DNA of 64,000 bases from a virus, in the UHGV virus genome UHGV-1370141, one strand, 5' to 3'. Of the stretch, positions 9,910-19,414 are shown piece after piece. Each line of letters begins with the position of its first letter. Within the stretch, counting starts at the first letter, position 1. The notes under the pieces were generated by a model, which did not search any database, had not been told where the DNA came from, and saw only the letters and a list, made by a program, of their open reading frames with translations. A program made the translations under genes and the position numbers.

Positions 9910-10278
9910 TCATTTCAACAAAACAAGATGAATTTGGTATTCGTCATCCGCAGGAGAAGAATAGTCGCCGGTTTCAGGAAACGATAAATCCCCTAGTAGA
10001 CTGTGGAAGGATAATCCGTGTACAGCTTCAACTTTTCGTACAAGCGGAAAACCTGTTCTTTTAATCCAATTGTAATCGACAAACAAAACACCACCAGGAC
10101 TTCCCGAACCTGACCACACGCGAATGTCCACAGTCTTTCCTGAGAAGTTGGCAAGTACAGTGCGCAGTCCTAATAGCACATAACGGGGGAAGGGTACTTC
10201 AATAACTTGTTTTGGTAAAACAAATTCAGGGAATTTAAAACCGAAACCGTTGGGGGTATTAAAAAATTGAGCTTGCAT
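9910..10278 (-). CDS. Hypothetical protein (122 aa)
   Basis: ORF in - block; first gene after an upstream terminator. Confidence 0.35.
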   Translation of the reverse strand: MQAQFFNTPNGFGFKFPEFVLPKQVIEVPFPRYVLLGLRTVLANFSGKTVDIRVWSGSGSPGGVLFVDYNWIKRTGFPLVRKVEAVHGLSFHSLLGDLSFPETGDYSSPADDEYQIHLVLLK

Positions 10279-10295
10279 GGTAATTCTCCTTTAGG

Positions 10296-10336
10296 GTAAA
10301 AAATAAAAATACCCTACTCCCAGACAGGAGTAGGGT
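10296..10336 (-). terminator. Rho-independent terminator (CCCTACTCC-cagaca-GGAGTAGGG plus T-tract on - strand)
   Basis: Inverted repeat followed, on the - strand, by a U-run (plus-strand AAAAATAAAAAT); immediately after the stop of 10342..11001. Confidence 0.5.
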
Positions 10337-10341
10337 AGGTG

Positions 10342-11001
10342 TTACATACGGGTAACTGAATCCCAGTAATCACGAAGATATTCTTGGTCTTCAGGATCTT
10401 TTGGCGTAGCCGGAATATGGCCGTCAAACTCAAACGGAATCACGGACAACACATCCGCAATCTCGTAACGCTCGACTTCCAGTTCAACTTTCACCCAGTC
10501 ACCAACGCTGGTGCTACTACGCATCTCGGTGATAAGATCGTTAAAGTCACCTGAAACTTCAATGGCAGGGTGTCCGGTGGTGATTGTGAAAATATCAATA
10601 TCCCAATGCTTAGCCCCTTTATCGGCTAATTCACCCGGCTCTAAGTGAATACGTTTCACCAGGTGTGCCAAATAACCGTCTTTGTAAAAAGAGAGTGCGG
10701 AACTAATCCCGATATCCGAATTCTCTTCAACCTTTCCGTCCAGGAATTTACGCTTAAGCGTTAGCTGTGCCGTTCCGTCTTCTTTAATACGGATACGACG
10801 ACGCCCACCTTCTATCGGCATGAGAATGTCCATGAACATCTTGGCTTCTTGTGCGTGGAGCCAATCCCATCCCGCTTGCGTCGGTTTTACCCAAACGCAG
10901 TATTCCTTTTCGACTTCGTGTTTAATGGACTCACCAGCAACACGAATGATTTCTTCTTCCTGCGCTTTATCCAGCCGCGCTAGGGTATCGAACAATCCCA
11001 T
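10342..11001 (-). CDS. CYTH-like (triphosphate tunnel) domain candidate
   Basis: N-terminal EVEKEY resembles the CYTH ExExK start; RRRIRIK and LTLKRK basic strands; VELEVERYEI acidic strand. Low confidence. Confidence 0.3.
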   Translation of the reverse strand: MGLFDTLARLDKAQEEEIIRVAGESIKHEVEKEYCVWVKPTQAGWDWLHAQEAKMFMDILMPIEGGRRRIRIKEDGTAQLTLKRKFLDGKVEENSDIGISSALSFYKDGYLAHLVKRIHLEPGELADKGAKHWDIDIFTITTGHPAIEVSGDFNDLITEMRSSTSVGDWVKVELEVERYEIADVLSVIPFEFDGHIPATPKDPEDQEYLRDYWDSVTRM

Positions 11002-11822
11002 TAGATTAATCCCATACGTTCACTGACGTCCGTAATATCGAACGTCGAGTCGTTATAGTCGATGTTTTCTACAATAGAAATCACCAGATTAGGAAGCCAT
11101 TCAGAATGTAGTGGTGTAATCACCCGACCGTTCATGACGTAATAATGCAAGAACGGAAGATTCATCGAATGGCAGTAAGACAGGGTATTACCTAAACAAG
11201 ACCCGTCGTATTGCAATAGGTGCAACTTACGCAGCAGTGCATTCTTAAATGCACCAGTCGCGTAGCTACTAAACTCACCGGGACGGTAATCCGTTTTCCC
11301 GTAAATTGCCGCTTTTAATCGACGACCTAACTGAATACATTCCGTACCCGTTAACGTACGTAAACGAAGAATATCAGGAAATTCAGTCTCCAGACGTCCC
11401 ATCGTTTTAATCGAGTAACCCATGTGTAACATGTAGTCAACGATACGCAAGTAGTGATAGTAACCTTCCAACGTCAGGAACTGACCGTGTATCGTGTCAA
11501 ATTTTGACCCGTCGGGTTTCGCGTAGAAGTTACTGATCATCTTACCCACGGTAGTACGACCGTTGGAGTAAAAGTTGATGTGGTTCACCCCATCGGTAAA
11601 CGGGAGTTGTTCAGGTAAAGCACAAACATAGCCTAACCGTCTCAGGTATAGGACATAAGCAAGGCGCTCATCAGGCGTGAGTACAATGCTTGACGCGTTC
11701 ACGTAGGATTTAGAACGTAAATCGCCCGGCGCATAACCGAGCGTTAAAGCCAATGATTGAATGTCTTCACTTTGACTTTTGATTTTCTTTAATACGGAGC
11801 GCAGTAATTGTGGTTCGGACAT
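11001..11822 (-). CDS. Hypothetical protein (about 273 aa)
   Basis: Start set at internal Met (MSEPQLL) to remove overlap with the upstream gene stop. Confidence 0.4.
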   Translation of the reverse strand: MSEPQLLRSVLKKIKSQSEDIQSLALTLGYAPGDLRSKSYVNASSIVLTPDERLAYVLYLRRLGYVCALPEQLPFTDGVNHINFYSNGRTTVGKMISNFYAKPDGSKFDTIHGQFLTLEGYYHYLRIVDYMLHMGYSIKTMGRLETEFPDILRLRTLTGTECIQLGRRLKAAIYGKTDYRPGEFSSYATGAFKNALLRKLHLLQYDGSCLGNTLSYCHSMNLPFLHYYVMNGRVITPLHSEWLPNLVISIVENIDYNDSTFDITDVSERMGLI

Positions 11823-11832
11823 ATCCGGCCTC

Positions 11833-13107
11833 TTAGATTGCAAAGTAGTCTTCCACGATTTCATCGGTAGACTGATAACTTACACTACCTGCCGCTAAAA
11901 CGTAGTTACGTTTTTCGGTGGTCATCAGCGCTTGTATCGCGTTAGCGCCTGCGTAAGTATAAAGTTTCAGTTCAGTGGTTTCGGGAGTAACGTTTTTCGT
12001 TTTATCCCATTTGGCATCCAGTGCTTTAAACAACGCTAACATTCGTGTCCCGTACGTACTAAAGCTCGTGCCGGTTTCCACACGCAAGTTAGCCATGATG
12101 TTTTGAATCACGGTTTCCGCAATCTGTTTGCCCTGACCTTCCTGAAGTTTGCCCAGGTAATACTCTGTTGAGTCCAAGTTGCCGGTAGCAGCAGCTTGAA
12201 TCATCAACTCCCCGTAAAGCGCCTCTTTTGCTTGATCGTCACTGATAGCCTGAATCATCGGGTCGATTTTTGCAGGCAATCCGTAACTGTTAAGTTTCGT
12301 AGACAGACCGTAGATCAACGCAGACGACGTGTTAATGTCTAACGCTGAAAAACTGTCACTGCCTTTGAAACTGTTAATCAAGTTGTCGATGGCTAAGAAA
12401 TCGTCAAGGTCTTTATAGCTGTCAAACGTGTGTTGTACGTCATCAATAACTGAGGTTATCTGGTAACGCATACTGTTGACTTCAGACATAAAGTTGTTGA
12501 CTTCATGACTGATTTCTGAAGGAAGCTTAGCCAGTTGACCTGCGATATTCAGCGTTCCTTCGAGACGCTTCTTCACGGAGGAGAAGTCAGTACCGATTCC
12601 TGACAGAAAAGAATCACTCAGCGACGAAAGGCTGTCCCAACCTTTGCCCAGTAAACTTCCTGAGTCACCGGGTGACAGATACCCTAGTGCTTTAAGCCCT
12701 TCCTCATTAACCTTTTTGAAAGGTTCTGAAACATCACGCTTCTGCGGATCGAGAACAGGTAGTGTCTCTTTAGTGTTAGAAGCAAACCCAGGAACTTTTT
12801 GTCCTGGGGAAACACCGGAGGTGGAGCTGCCTGCTGTTTTGGTACCCCCTACGCTGGCAATGTCACTACCACCGAACAGGTTACCGATTTTTGAGGTCAG
12901 TTCACTTCCACCGCTGATGAGTTTGTTAAAGGTTTCACCAGCACGATCGGAAAGCTGACTGACTTTATCTACGGTATTCTGAATGCCACGTTCGGCGTTC
13001 TCTACCGTAGATTGTACTCGGTTAACCGCATTCTTCGCGGTATTAACCGAGTTGTCGATAGCCGATTGACCTTTGTTAATCTGGCCGGTTATCTGATCGA
13101 GTTTCAT
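11833..13107 (-). CDS. Hypothetical protein (424 aa), N-terminal coiled coil, S/G-rich middle
   Basis: Long ORF; heptad-like N-terminus (QINKGQSAIDNSVNTAKNAVNRVQSTVENAERGIQNTV). Confidence 0.45.
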   Translation of the reverse strand: MKLDQITGQINKGQSAIDNSVNTAKNAVNRVQSTVENAERGIQNTVDKVSQLSDRAGETFNKLISGGSELTSKIGNLFGGSDIASVGGTKTAGSSTSGVSPGQKVPGFASNTKETLPVLDPQKRDVSEPFKKVNEEGLKALGYLSPGDSGSLLGKGWDSLSSLSDSFLSGIGTDFSSVKKRLEGTLNIAGQLAKLPSEISHEVNNFMSEVNSMRYQITSVIDDVQHTFDSYKDLDDFLAIDNLINSFKGSDSFSALDINTSSALIYGLSTKLNSYGLPAKIDPMIQAISDDQAKEALYGELMIQAAATGNLDSTEYYLGKLQEGQGKQIAETVIQNIMANLRVETGTSFSTYGTRMLALFKALDAKWDKTKNVTPETTELKLYTYAGANAIQALMTTEKRNYVLAAGSVSYQSTDEIVEDYFAI

Positions 13108-13919
13108 TCTGTACTCCGAAATTGATAAGCCTCGAGGTCAACCGTGTGAACGACTTCGTAAATCTTGTTGTCGTTTTTGCGTTTTAACGTCAACAGAATG
13201 TCGAATTTCTTCACATCAATCGCCTTGAGTATCCTCATAAACCATTTCCAAGACAGCTTCTTTTTCAGTCGCATGTTGTGCTGCATATTGTGCCGCATGT
13301 CGTTGCGTTTAGAAGCGATAGGAAGACAGTTCTCTGGATTATTAACATAGTTCGTTGAAAGTCGATGCCACCAATCCGAAGTCATTTTGATATTCGCAAA
13401 GATTGTCCACAGGAGTCTCGAAAGGGGGTGTTCCATCGTCTTTGCTGTCCCCGCACAATCTCGGAAGAAACGATTTAATTCCGTACTGGCACTGGCCGTC
13501 GGTTTCTCGTTACAGTCTTCAAAATCGTAGCGGATAAGATCGTCACGCACTCGTGTGGTGACTTCAGAAATGGTTTTTGTCTGGAAACGTCCACGGTAAG
13601 TCGTTATACAGATTCTTAACGATTCTACTCCGGTAATCACTAACCCTTCCGTGAAACCTCGCCACGTAAGGTCAACTGGTAAGTCACGGTTGTTACCTGA
13701 GGTAAGTTTCGTTGAGATGCGTTGTACTCGATCTTCGAGAACGGCCTTCGAACGTGTGCGGAAATCAGGGGACAGGATGTGTCTTGCAACTGCAAGCTTA
13801 TAATCTTTAGGTTCCCACCCAATCTGAGTTTTATATTCCCAGTAAAGTTTTTGCAACGGTTTACCCGCACGTTCTTCTTCGTCTCGTTGCAGTTTTGCTT
13901 TTGCTTCGTTATCCATCAC
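13104..13919 (-). CDS. Hypothetical protein (271 aa)
   Basis: ORF with 4-nt stop/start overlap with the downstream gene. Confidence 0.45.
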   Translation of the reverse strand: MMDNEAKAKLQRDEEERAGKPLQKLYWEYKTQIGWEPKDYKLAVARHILSPDFRTRSKAVLEDRVQRISTKLTSGNNRDLPVDLTWRGFTEGLVITGVESLRICITTYRGRFQTKTISEVTTRVRDDLIRYDFEDCNEKPTASASTELNRFFRDCAGTAKTMEHPLSRLLWTIFANIKMTSDWWHRLSTNYVNNPENCLPIASKRNDMRHNMQHNMRLKKKLSWKWFMRILKAIDVKKFDILLTLKRKNDNKIYEVVHTVDLEAYQFRSTE

Positions 13920-13949
13920 TTCACCTTGTTACAAGGGGTTAACTGATTA

Positions 13950-14498
13950 TTAAACAGGTCGGTTTAAAAGGTAGTGTTCGATGAGTACCTCCATTTCACG
14001 AAACAAATGTGCACAGTGATTTACCAATGCCCGATCTTCATCGGTCTTGGGCTTTAAGAAAATATCTTCGTAAGGTTCGATAAGCTCGAGTAACTGCGTT
14101 AGCTTATAATAGGCAACCGCCGGATTGGACGTCCCAAAATAAGTGTCTAACCAGCGGTTTTCTGATGAGTCTTTTTGTTTACTTAACGACTCTGGCAATG
14201 ATAACCACTCGATAGAGGTTCCATTAATCGTGCGTTGGTATTCGTTGATATAAAAAGCAAGACGTTGGTAAAGAATATCGAGATTAGCGATACGTAACTC
14301 GAGATTACCACGTAAGCTGGGGTGGTAGGGTTCGGTATCTACGTTTATAGGCAACGTAAGCAACCGTAAGCCGCTAAACGTTCTCACGTAGGGGTTATGG
14401 ATGTTCTTATGAAACTCCTGCCTTAGAGACTCTCTGAGAGCCTGTAAACGCTTTTGCTGTAGACGTTTCTTAAAACGTGTTATTAATCCTGTAAACAT
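13950..14498 (-). CDS. Hypothetical protein (182 aa)
   Basis: ORF in - block. Confidence 0.4.
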   Translation of the reverse strand: MFTGLITRFKKRLQQKRLQALRESLRQEFHKNIHNPYVRTFSGLRLLTLPINVDTEPYHPSLRGNLELRIANLDILYQRLAFYINEYQRTINGTSIEWLSLPESLSKQKDSSENRWLDTYFGTSNPAVAYYKLTQLLELIEPYEDIFLKPKTDEDRALVNHCAHLFREMEVLIEHYLLNRPV

Positions 14499-14570
14499 AA
14501 TTCACTCCGAAAGAATGTCTCACGTAAATAATATCTGTCTGACTTCTTTTTGAAAATGAGGTGGTTTTAA

Positions 14571-15035
14571 ATGGCTGAAGAAGAAGTGAAATACCAGGCG
14601 TTAGATGGTGAAGTAGACGACGAAGAATCGCTTCTCCGCCAAACGCAACAAGCCCGTGTCAGAATTGTCAATCTAATCTTAGACGATCCTAATGCTCACA
14701 AAGACTTAAAGACCGTGGATCGTATCGGGACGTTATTAAACGACCTAGATAAGCAGATCATTTCTAAACGTCGTGTTGCCGCTGCCCAGAAAAACAGTGA
14801 AGCGAACCAAGACTTGGCTAACGCACTGAATACAATTCTGATGCAACGCGGTAACGTGAAAATAAAACGTCACGATGAAGAACCTGATGAAAATAATGGT
14901 TACCAACCCACCCTTCCAGACATTCCTAACGTAGAAATCTCGGAAGGGGAGTTGGCTCCGGTTGGCGAACAAATTGACGTGAAGTCCATTATGACTGCGG
15001 CGTTTGCGCGTCCTTCTTCGGACGAGCCAGACTAA
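14571..15035 (+). CDS. Acidic hypothetical protein (154 aa)
   Basis: Isolated + strand ORF with strong SD (GAGGTGG) 7-8 nt upstream; strongly net-negative composition. Confidence 0.45.
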   Translation: MAEEEVKYQALDGEVDDEESLLRQTQQARVRIVNLILDDPNAHKDLKTVDRIGTLLNDLDKQIISKRRVAAAQKNSEANQDLANALNTILMQRGNVKIKRHDEEPDENNGYQPTLPDIPNVEISEGELAPVGEQIDVKSIMTAAFARPSSDEPD

Positions 15036-15711
15036 ATAGCGCAGAATCACGTGGGTCGACACCGACCCACTCTGCCATAAACCGGATGTGTTCCTTGAAC
15101 GGATTCACACCATCGCGTTTAAGCTGCTCTACCGTCTCTTTTGTAAGTTCCGGCGTTAGCAGGGCAGGGTGCGTAATGGTAAAGCTAGGGATAGGCTTTT
15201 TCAGATGTTTCGCATTGAGTTCAATCCAAGCGAACCAATCGTACATTATCCAACAATCCCAAGCTGTCGCTAAACGACCCGGCGTAAGTTCCGAATGCGG
15301 CCACGACACTAACTCAACCTGCACCATATCGTAATAGATACGGAACATCTGCAAGAACGTTTGCATTTCTTGGTCAGTAAGATCAGTATACGGCCAGGTG
15401 TTAATTGTCAGCGTCGGTTTTTCGATAGGCGAATGCATCTCGATTTCGAGTAACATACATTCGAACTCGTTCTTCATCGTCAACAACAGTTCGGTGGGTT
15501 CTGCATTCATCAACGCGCGTTTATCGCGTTTCTGATATTCCTCTTTCCAATTCTCAAACCCCAAGACAGTCGCCCATTCCTCCGTAAAACGACGACGATA
15601 AACGTCGTAATCCATAATTTCCAATCTTTCAGGTTTGATGGCTTTGACCCAACCGATTCGGGTGTCAAACAACGCATCGATATCAATCAAAAAACGTCGA
15701 GAAAATCTCAT
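14989..15711 (-). CDS. Hypothetical protein (240 aa)
   Basis: ORF; 3' end converges with 14571..15035. Confidence 0.45.
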   Translation of the reverse strand: MRFSRRFLIDIDALFDTRIGWVKAIKPERLEIMDYDVYRRRFTEEWATVLGFENWKEEYQKRDKRALMNAEPTELLLTMKNEFECMLLEIEMHSPIEKPTLTINTWPYTDLTDQEMQTFLQMFRIYYDMVQVELVSWPHSELTPGRLATAWDCWIMYDWFAWIELNAKHLKKPIPSFTITHPALLTPELTKETVEQLKRDGVNPFKEHIRFMAEWVGVDPRDSALFSLARPKKDAQTPQS

Positions 15712-16376
15712 GACGGATGGCCTATGTTGTTACCAATGTGCATCGCTTTCAGATACGCAGACCAGGTACGTGTTGCTTTCGAACTGGTACGTTCTGCTCC
15801 CGGCAGGTCAATACGTCCCTTACCGGTTTGACGTAACGATTGATAGAACGCACGTTGTAAAGCTTCGTTACCCCCACGCGCCCACAGAAACTCTTTCAGT
15901 GTCCAGTCGTGACCATCGGAGTACATGATGTACGCTTCTGGGAAAGATACACCAGATGCTTTAGAAGGACCAACAACTTGACCGGAGAGTTTATCACGAA
16001 CTTTGTCGTTCTTCGCTACTGCCATTTTCTTTTCTTGCATCTGCGTTTGACGACGCGCAGGCAAGCGCAATACCAGATGTGGGTAGCGGGTACGATGGAA
16101 AACACCCGTTTTCGGCTCAGTTAACCACAATCGCTGTTCCAGGTTCAAACCTAAAACACGACATAGCTTAACGTTTCGCATGTGGTCGATTTTAACTTTA
16201 CTGCCGACCGGGTTGTAAATCGGTAAGCCTTCACGAAGACGATTAAACTGTTCGTCCGTCATTCGAGCAAAGGCTTTCTTTGCTGCCTCTGCGTTAATCC
16301 CAGAGGGGTCAACCAGGCTTAAGATTTGTAAGGCGTAAGCTTCTGCTTTTTTACGCCGCGCTGGATCGAGTTTCAT
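15708..16376 (-). CDS. Hypothetical protein (222 aa)
   Basis: ORF with 4-nt overlap with the downstream gene. Confidence 0.45.
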   Translation of the reverse strand: MKLDPARRKKAEAYALQILSLVDPSGINAEAAKKAFARMTDEQFNRLREGLPIYNPVGSKVKIDHMRNVKLCRVLGLNLEQRLWLTEPKTGVFHRTRYPHLVLRLPARRQTQMQEKKMAVAKNDKVRDKLSGQVVGPSKASGVSFPEAYIMYSDGHDWTLKEFLWARGGNEALQRAFYQSLRQTGKGRIDLPGAERTSSKATRTWSAYLKAMHIGNNIGHPS

Positions 16377-16650
16377 TTTCTACCGCCTTACGCAAGTTGG
16401 AAAGTGTCCCTGCTTCGAGGGTTTCAATCCAATAACTGATGTCGTCGGTGTTTTCAGGTACGTCGAATTTCACCGGCGGGTAACCGTAGTGTTCGAGTAA
16501 CTTGGAATAATATTCACCGACCTTTAAACAAAAAGATTCACGATCGGGAAAGAAAGTAGCGAAAGTCTCACGAAATGCCGCTGCTGTTTCCAGACTGACG
16601 CTGGCTAAACCTTCGCTTAAGCGCTCCACAATCTCCGTTTGATAACGCAT
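16351..16650 (-). CDS. Hypothetical protein (99 aa)
   Basis: ORF in - block. Confidence 0.35.
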   Translation of the reverse strand: MRYQTEIVERLSEGLASVSLETAAAFRETFATFFPDRESFCLKVGEYYSKLLEHYGYPPVKFDVPENTDDISYWIETLEAGTLSNLRKAVENETRSSAA

Positions 16651-16695
16651 AACGACTCCTTAGCTAGGGTAGGGGATTACCCTACCCTAACGCTT

Positions 16696-18192
16696 TTATT
16701 TCTTTTTGGTGAGGAACTTCGGTTCCAGGCCGTCCACGGCCATACCCAGAATCGTACGGGCAGTTAACGTGCGTTTACCACCTTTCGTTTCTTGGTCTTT
16801 AAACATCCAGTATTCTACGGTGTTCTCCAGAATCTCATTCCAATCCCATTTCTCATCAATGAGTTTGTAGATTTCTTCCATCGTGAGGTGGTATTTAACC
16901 TCTAAACGATGGTAGTTGTTCTGCATGTACGCAATCGCGGCCGTGATTTCTAATGCCCGACGCAGTTTCGGGTTATCGTCGATCATGTCGCGAATCGTCG
17001 TACGCTGGAATTTAACACCAGGCAGAATCTGGAGTTCTTTAATGGAACCACCGCTACCGCTGGATGTAAATCCAAATTCGGATTTTTTCAGAGTGTCACT
17101 CAGGTAATGCCACAGGCTCAGGTGATACAGTAGACCCATCTCTTGCGAGAAGATCATCTGGAACTTCACGCCCGTGTGACCGCCTTTAGCACGGTACTGC
17201 GTAAAGGTGATAACTTTCAGGTCGTTAACCGACGCGTTCATGGCTTTTGAACGTGCGGTTGGGTAAAGTTCTTCGTTAACACCGGTCTGGGCGTTATAAC
17301 TCTGGTCTTTTTTCAGCTCGCCTGATTTTGTCGCAACAATAAACGAGTTAGTCAAGAAACTTAATTGACGACGAGGAATCCCTGCGAATTTGAGATCGTC
17401 GTTCGCATCGTCCAGCAGTTTCGCGTTTGCTTTCTGTCCTTGACGACCGCCCGCCATCGCCTTACCGGAGTCATCGGCCATCTGTGCAACAAAGCCCATG
17501 TAGAAACCACCACGGGCAAACGCAGACGGCCAACGGCTCATCATGTTCGATTTCTGTAAGGCGTCGTGGGCGTTGAGGATGTTCTGATCGGAATCACCGA
17601 TATCCGTTTTAGCGTGCTTGTCTTCCAGAGAAGACGAGTGCCACTCCGACAGGGAGTCGATAGAATACAGCCACGGGTCAAGGATTTCTTTTTGCTTACG
17701 ACGAACCGGGTCAAGGAACGGCGTTACACGCGTTTTACCAGACATATACTGCTTGAAGCGTTTTTCCACTTCATCACGAATATAGTCACTGTAATATTGT
17801 TCCCCTGGCATCACGTCAGAACCAACGAGGTTATAACGACCTTCGTGAATAAGTTCCAGTACCGAAGTTCCATCGTCAATACCGTTGGCGTGCATGGCAG
17901 AAATATAACCGGTCTCTAAGCGATCGAGGGCAGCAGACACTTCGGTATCGTATTTCGAACCCCACTCCGCTTTATAGCGTTGCAGGATTTGGAAGATACA
18001 GAAATCCAACAGTGTGGATTTGAAGGTGTTACCACGACCCGCGAAACCCATGATGTGGGCAAAACCACCGTTAAGGTAGTATAAACCATCTTCGCCTCTT
18101 TCGTAGTTGCCTAAGGCGTGGTCCATGATGGTATAAACGTTAAAACGAGGACGAATTACTTCACCGATAACTTGCTTAGTTGGGCCTGCCAT
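16696..18192 (-). CDS. RecA-superfamily recombinase candidate (UvsX-like non-canonical P-loop)
   Basis: GGFAHIMGFAGRGNTFKSTLLDF...QRYK resembles, from memory, T4 UvsX GG..G..ILAGPSKSFKS...RQYP; later IDSL. Protein is about 100 aa longer than UvsX. Confidence 0.35.
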   Translation of the reverse strand: MAGPTKQVIGEVIRPRFNVYTIMDHALGNYERGEDGLYYLNGGFAHIMGFAGRGNTFKSTLLDFCIFQILQRYKAEWGSKYDTEVSAALDRLETGYISAMHANGIDDGTSVLELIHEGRYNLVGSDVMPGEQYYSDYIRDEVEKRFKQYMSGKTRVTPFLDPVRRKQKEILDPWLYSIDSLSEWHSSSLEDKHAKTDIGDSDQNILNAHDALQKSNMMSRWPSAFARGGFYMGFVAQMADDSGKAMAGGRQGQKANAKLLDDANDDLKFAGIPRRQLSFLTNSFIVATKSGELKKDQSYNAQTGVNEELYPTARSKAMNASVNDLKVITFTQYRAKGGHTGVKFQMIFSQEMGLLYHLSLWHYLSDTLKKSEFGFTSSGSGGSIKELQILPGVKFQRTTIRDMIDDNPKLRRALEITAAIAYMQNNYHRLEVKYHLTMEEIYKLIDEKWDWNEILENTVEYWMFKDQETKGGKRTLTARTILGMAVDGLEPKFLTKKK

Positions 18193-18207
18193 TTAGCGCT
18201 CCAATAA

Positions 18208-18507
18208 TTAACGATTCTTGGTCGGAAGAAGAAGACGGCGTTTGTGCCAGAATTCAAAGTAGGTCTCTACCCACTCGGTGACTTCTTCCGATTTTTCAGG
18301 ATAGGGGTTCTCAATAGACTCGAAACGACGTTTGTTGCGCTCGTCGATTTCTAATTCCATCACGCGCTTACCGTTAGGTAAAGAGGTCACGCTAAGAATC
18401 TTACCTACTTGAATAGGCTTACCTTCTTTGTCTTTTTTCACCGGGGTAAGATAGATTTCCGGTTCCAGACGAGGCGTGGTGTTTCGAGTCAGTAATTTGA
18501 TTTTCAT
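18208..18507 (-). CDS. Hypothetical protein (99 aa)
   Basis: ORF immediately downstream of 16696..18192. Confidence 0.35.
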   Translation of the reverse strand: MKIKLLTRNTTPRLEPEIYLTPVKKDKEGKPIQVGKILSVTSLPNGKRVMELEIDERNKRRFESIENPYPEKSEEVTEWVETYFEFWHKRRLLLPTKNR

Positions 18508-18604
18508 CGAGCTTTACCTTTATGAGATAATCTCGGTCATAAGTTCAGGATGAACTGTAAAAAGACTTTACTATGTAACCCTGACTTATAATCCGAGGTT
18601 TTAA

Positions 18605-19360
18605 ATGAACGTAAATCCACTTGCAGCGTTAACTAGCTTTGCCGCTAAAGCGTCTGCAATCTTACCCAAAGGGTTCAGTGGCCCTCAACAAGAGATTGCA
18701 TTAACCACTTACGACGACATGTCAGACGTTTCCAAGTGGATGCAACAGGAAAAATTCTTACACTTTGCAGGCATGTTGGTTATTGTACCGCCAGGCTTCA
18801 ATACCTACGTAATGGATCACATTAACCGCTTAGAATCGGTGTGGAGTTCATTACAGAAGATCTACGACGGTGTCCTTTTACCTGTTGAGTTGCAACTTTC
18901 CGCCCTTACACATGATGTGGGCGTACTGTCATTACCTATCGGTTTCCGTTATAAAAACGTTAACATTCCGTTACGTAACGTGAATCCGAAAGACCTGGTT
19001 AACCAGTTGGCTAAGTCTTACACCAACAACGTTATTGACCAGCGTCCGATTGAGAAAACGTATCACAGTGCTACGGAGATCGATATTGCGTTTAACCGTG
19101 CAAAAGCACTGAACGTTGAAATCACGAAGAAACTTCGTACGAACATCGATAAATCCATCGAGTCCATCAAAGCCTCTGCAACGATTCTGTCTGAACAAAA
19201 CATTCATCCTAACGTGGCAAAAGAACTGACAGCGATGTTAGACTTTGCATCCGATTGGGTTGAACTGTTTGGTTTGTTCATGAAACAGGTGAACGAATTG
19301 ATTGAATGTCTGAACGTGACGGCTGAACGCCTGAAAGCGCTGAAGGCAAACAAAAAATAA
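18605..19360 (+). CDS. Hypothetical protein (251 aa)
   Basis: Isolated + strand ORF with GAGG SD, followed by a clear terminator. Confidence 0.45.
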   Translation: MNVNPLAALTSFAAKASAILPKGFSGPQQEIALTTYDDMSDVSKWMQQEKFLHFAGMLVIVPPGFNTYVMDHINRLESVWSSLQKIYDGVLLPVELQLSALTHDVGVLSLPIGFRYKNVNIPLRNVNPKDLVNQLAKSYTNNVIDQRPIEKTYHSATEIDIAFNRAKALNVEITKKLRTNIDKSIESIKASATILSEQNIHPNVAKELTAMLDFASDWVELFGLFMKQVNELIECLNVTAERLKALKANKK

Positions 19361-19373
19361 AAAGTAAAAGCTA

Positions 19374-19410
19374 CCCCTAGACCACAAGGTCTAGGGGTAA
19401 TCTTTATTTT
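19374..19410 (+). terminator. Rho-independent terminator (CCCCTAGACC-acaa-GGTCTAGGGG plus T-tract)
   Basis: Perfect 10 bp stem followed by TAATCTTTATTTT, 14 nt after the stop of 18605..19360. Confidence 0.55.
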
Positions 19411-19414
19411 CACG

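Noticed and set aside
16696-18192. Canonical helicase or terminase ATPase assignment for the 498-aa protein
   Set aside because: The P-loop is non-canonical (no G-x4-GK[ST]) and no helicase or terminase motifs were seen; only the tentative UvsX-like call was kept.
18560-18604. Sigma-70-like promoter upstream of 18605..19360 (perfect TATAAT at about 18585-18590)
   Set aside because: No acceptable -35 hexamer at 16-18 bp spacing and no TG extension; a single -10 match is expected by chance in AT-rich intergenic DNA. Not listed as a feature.
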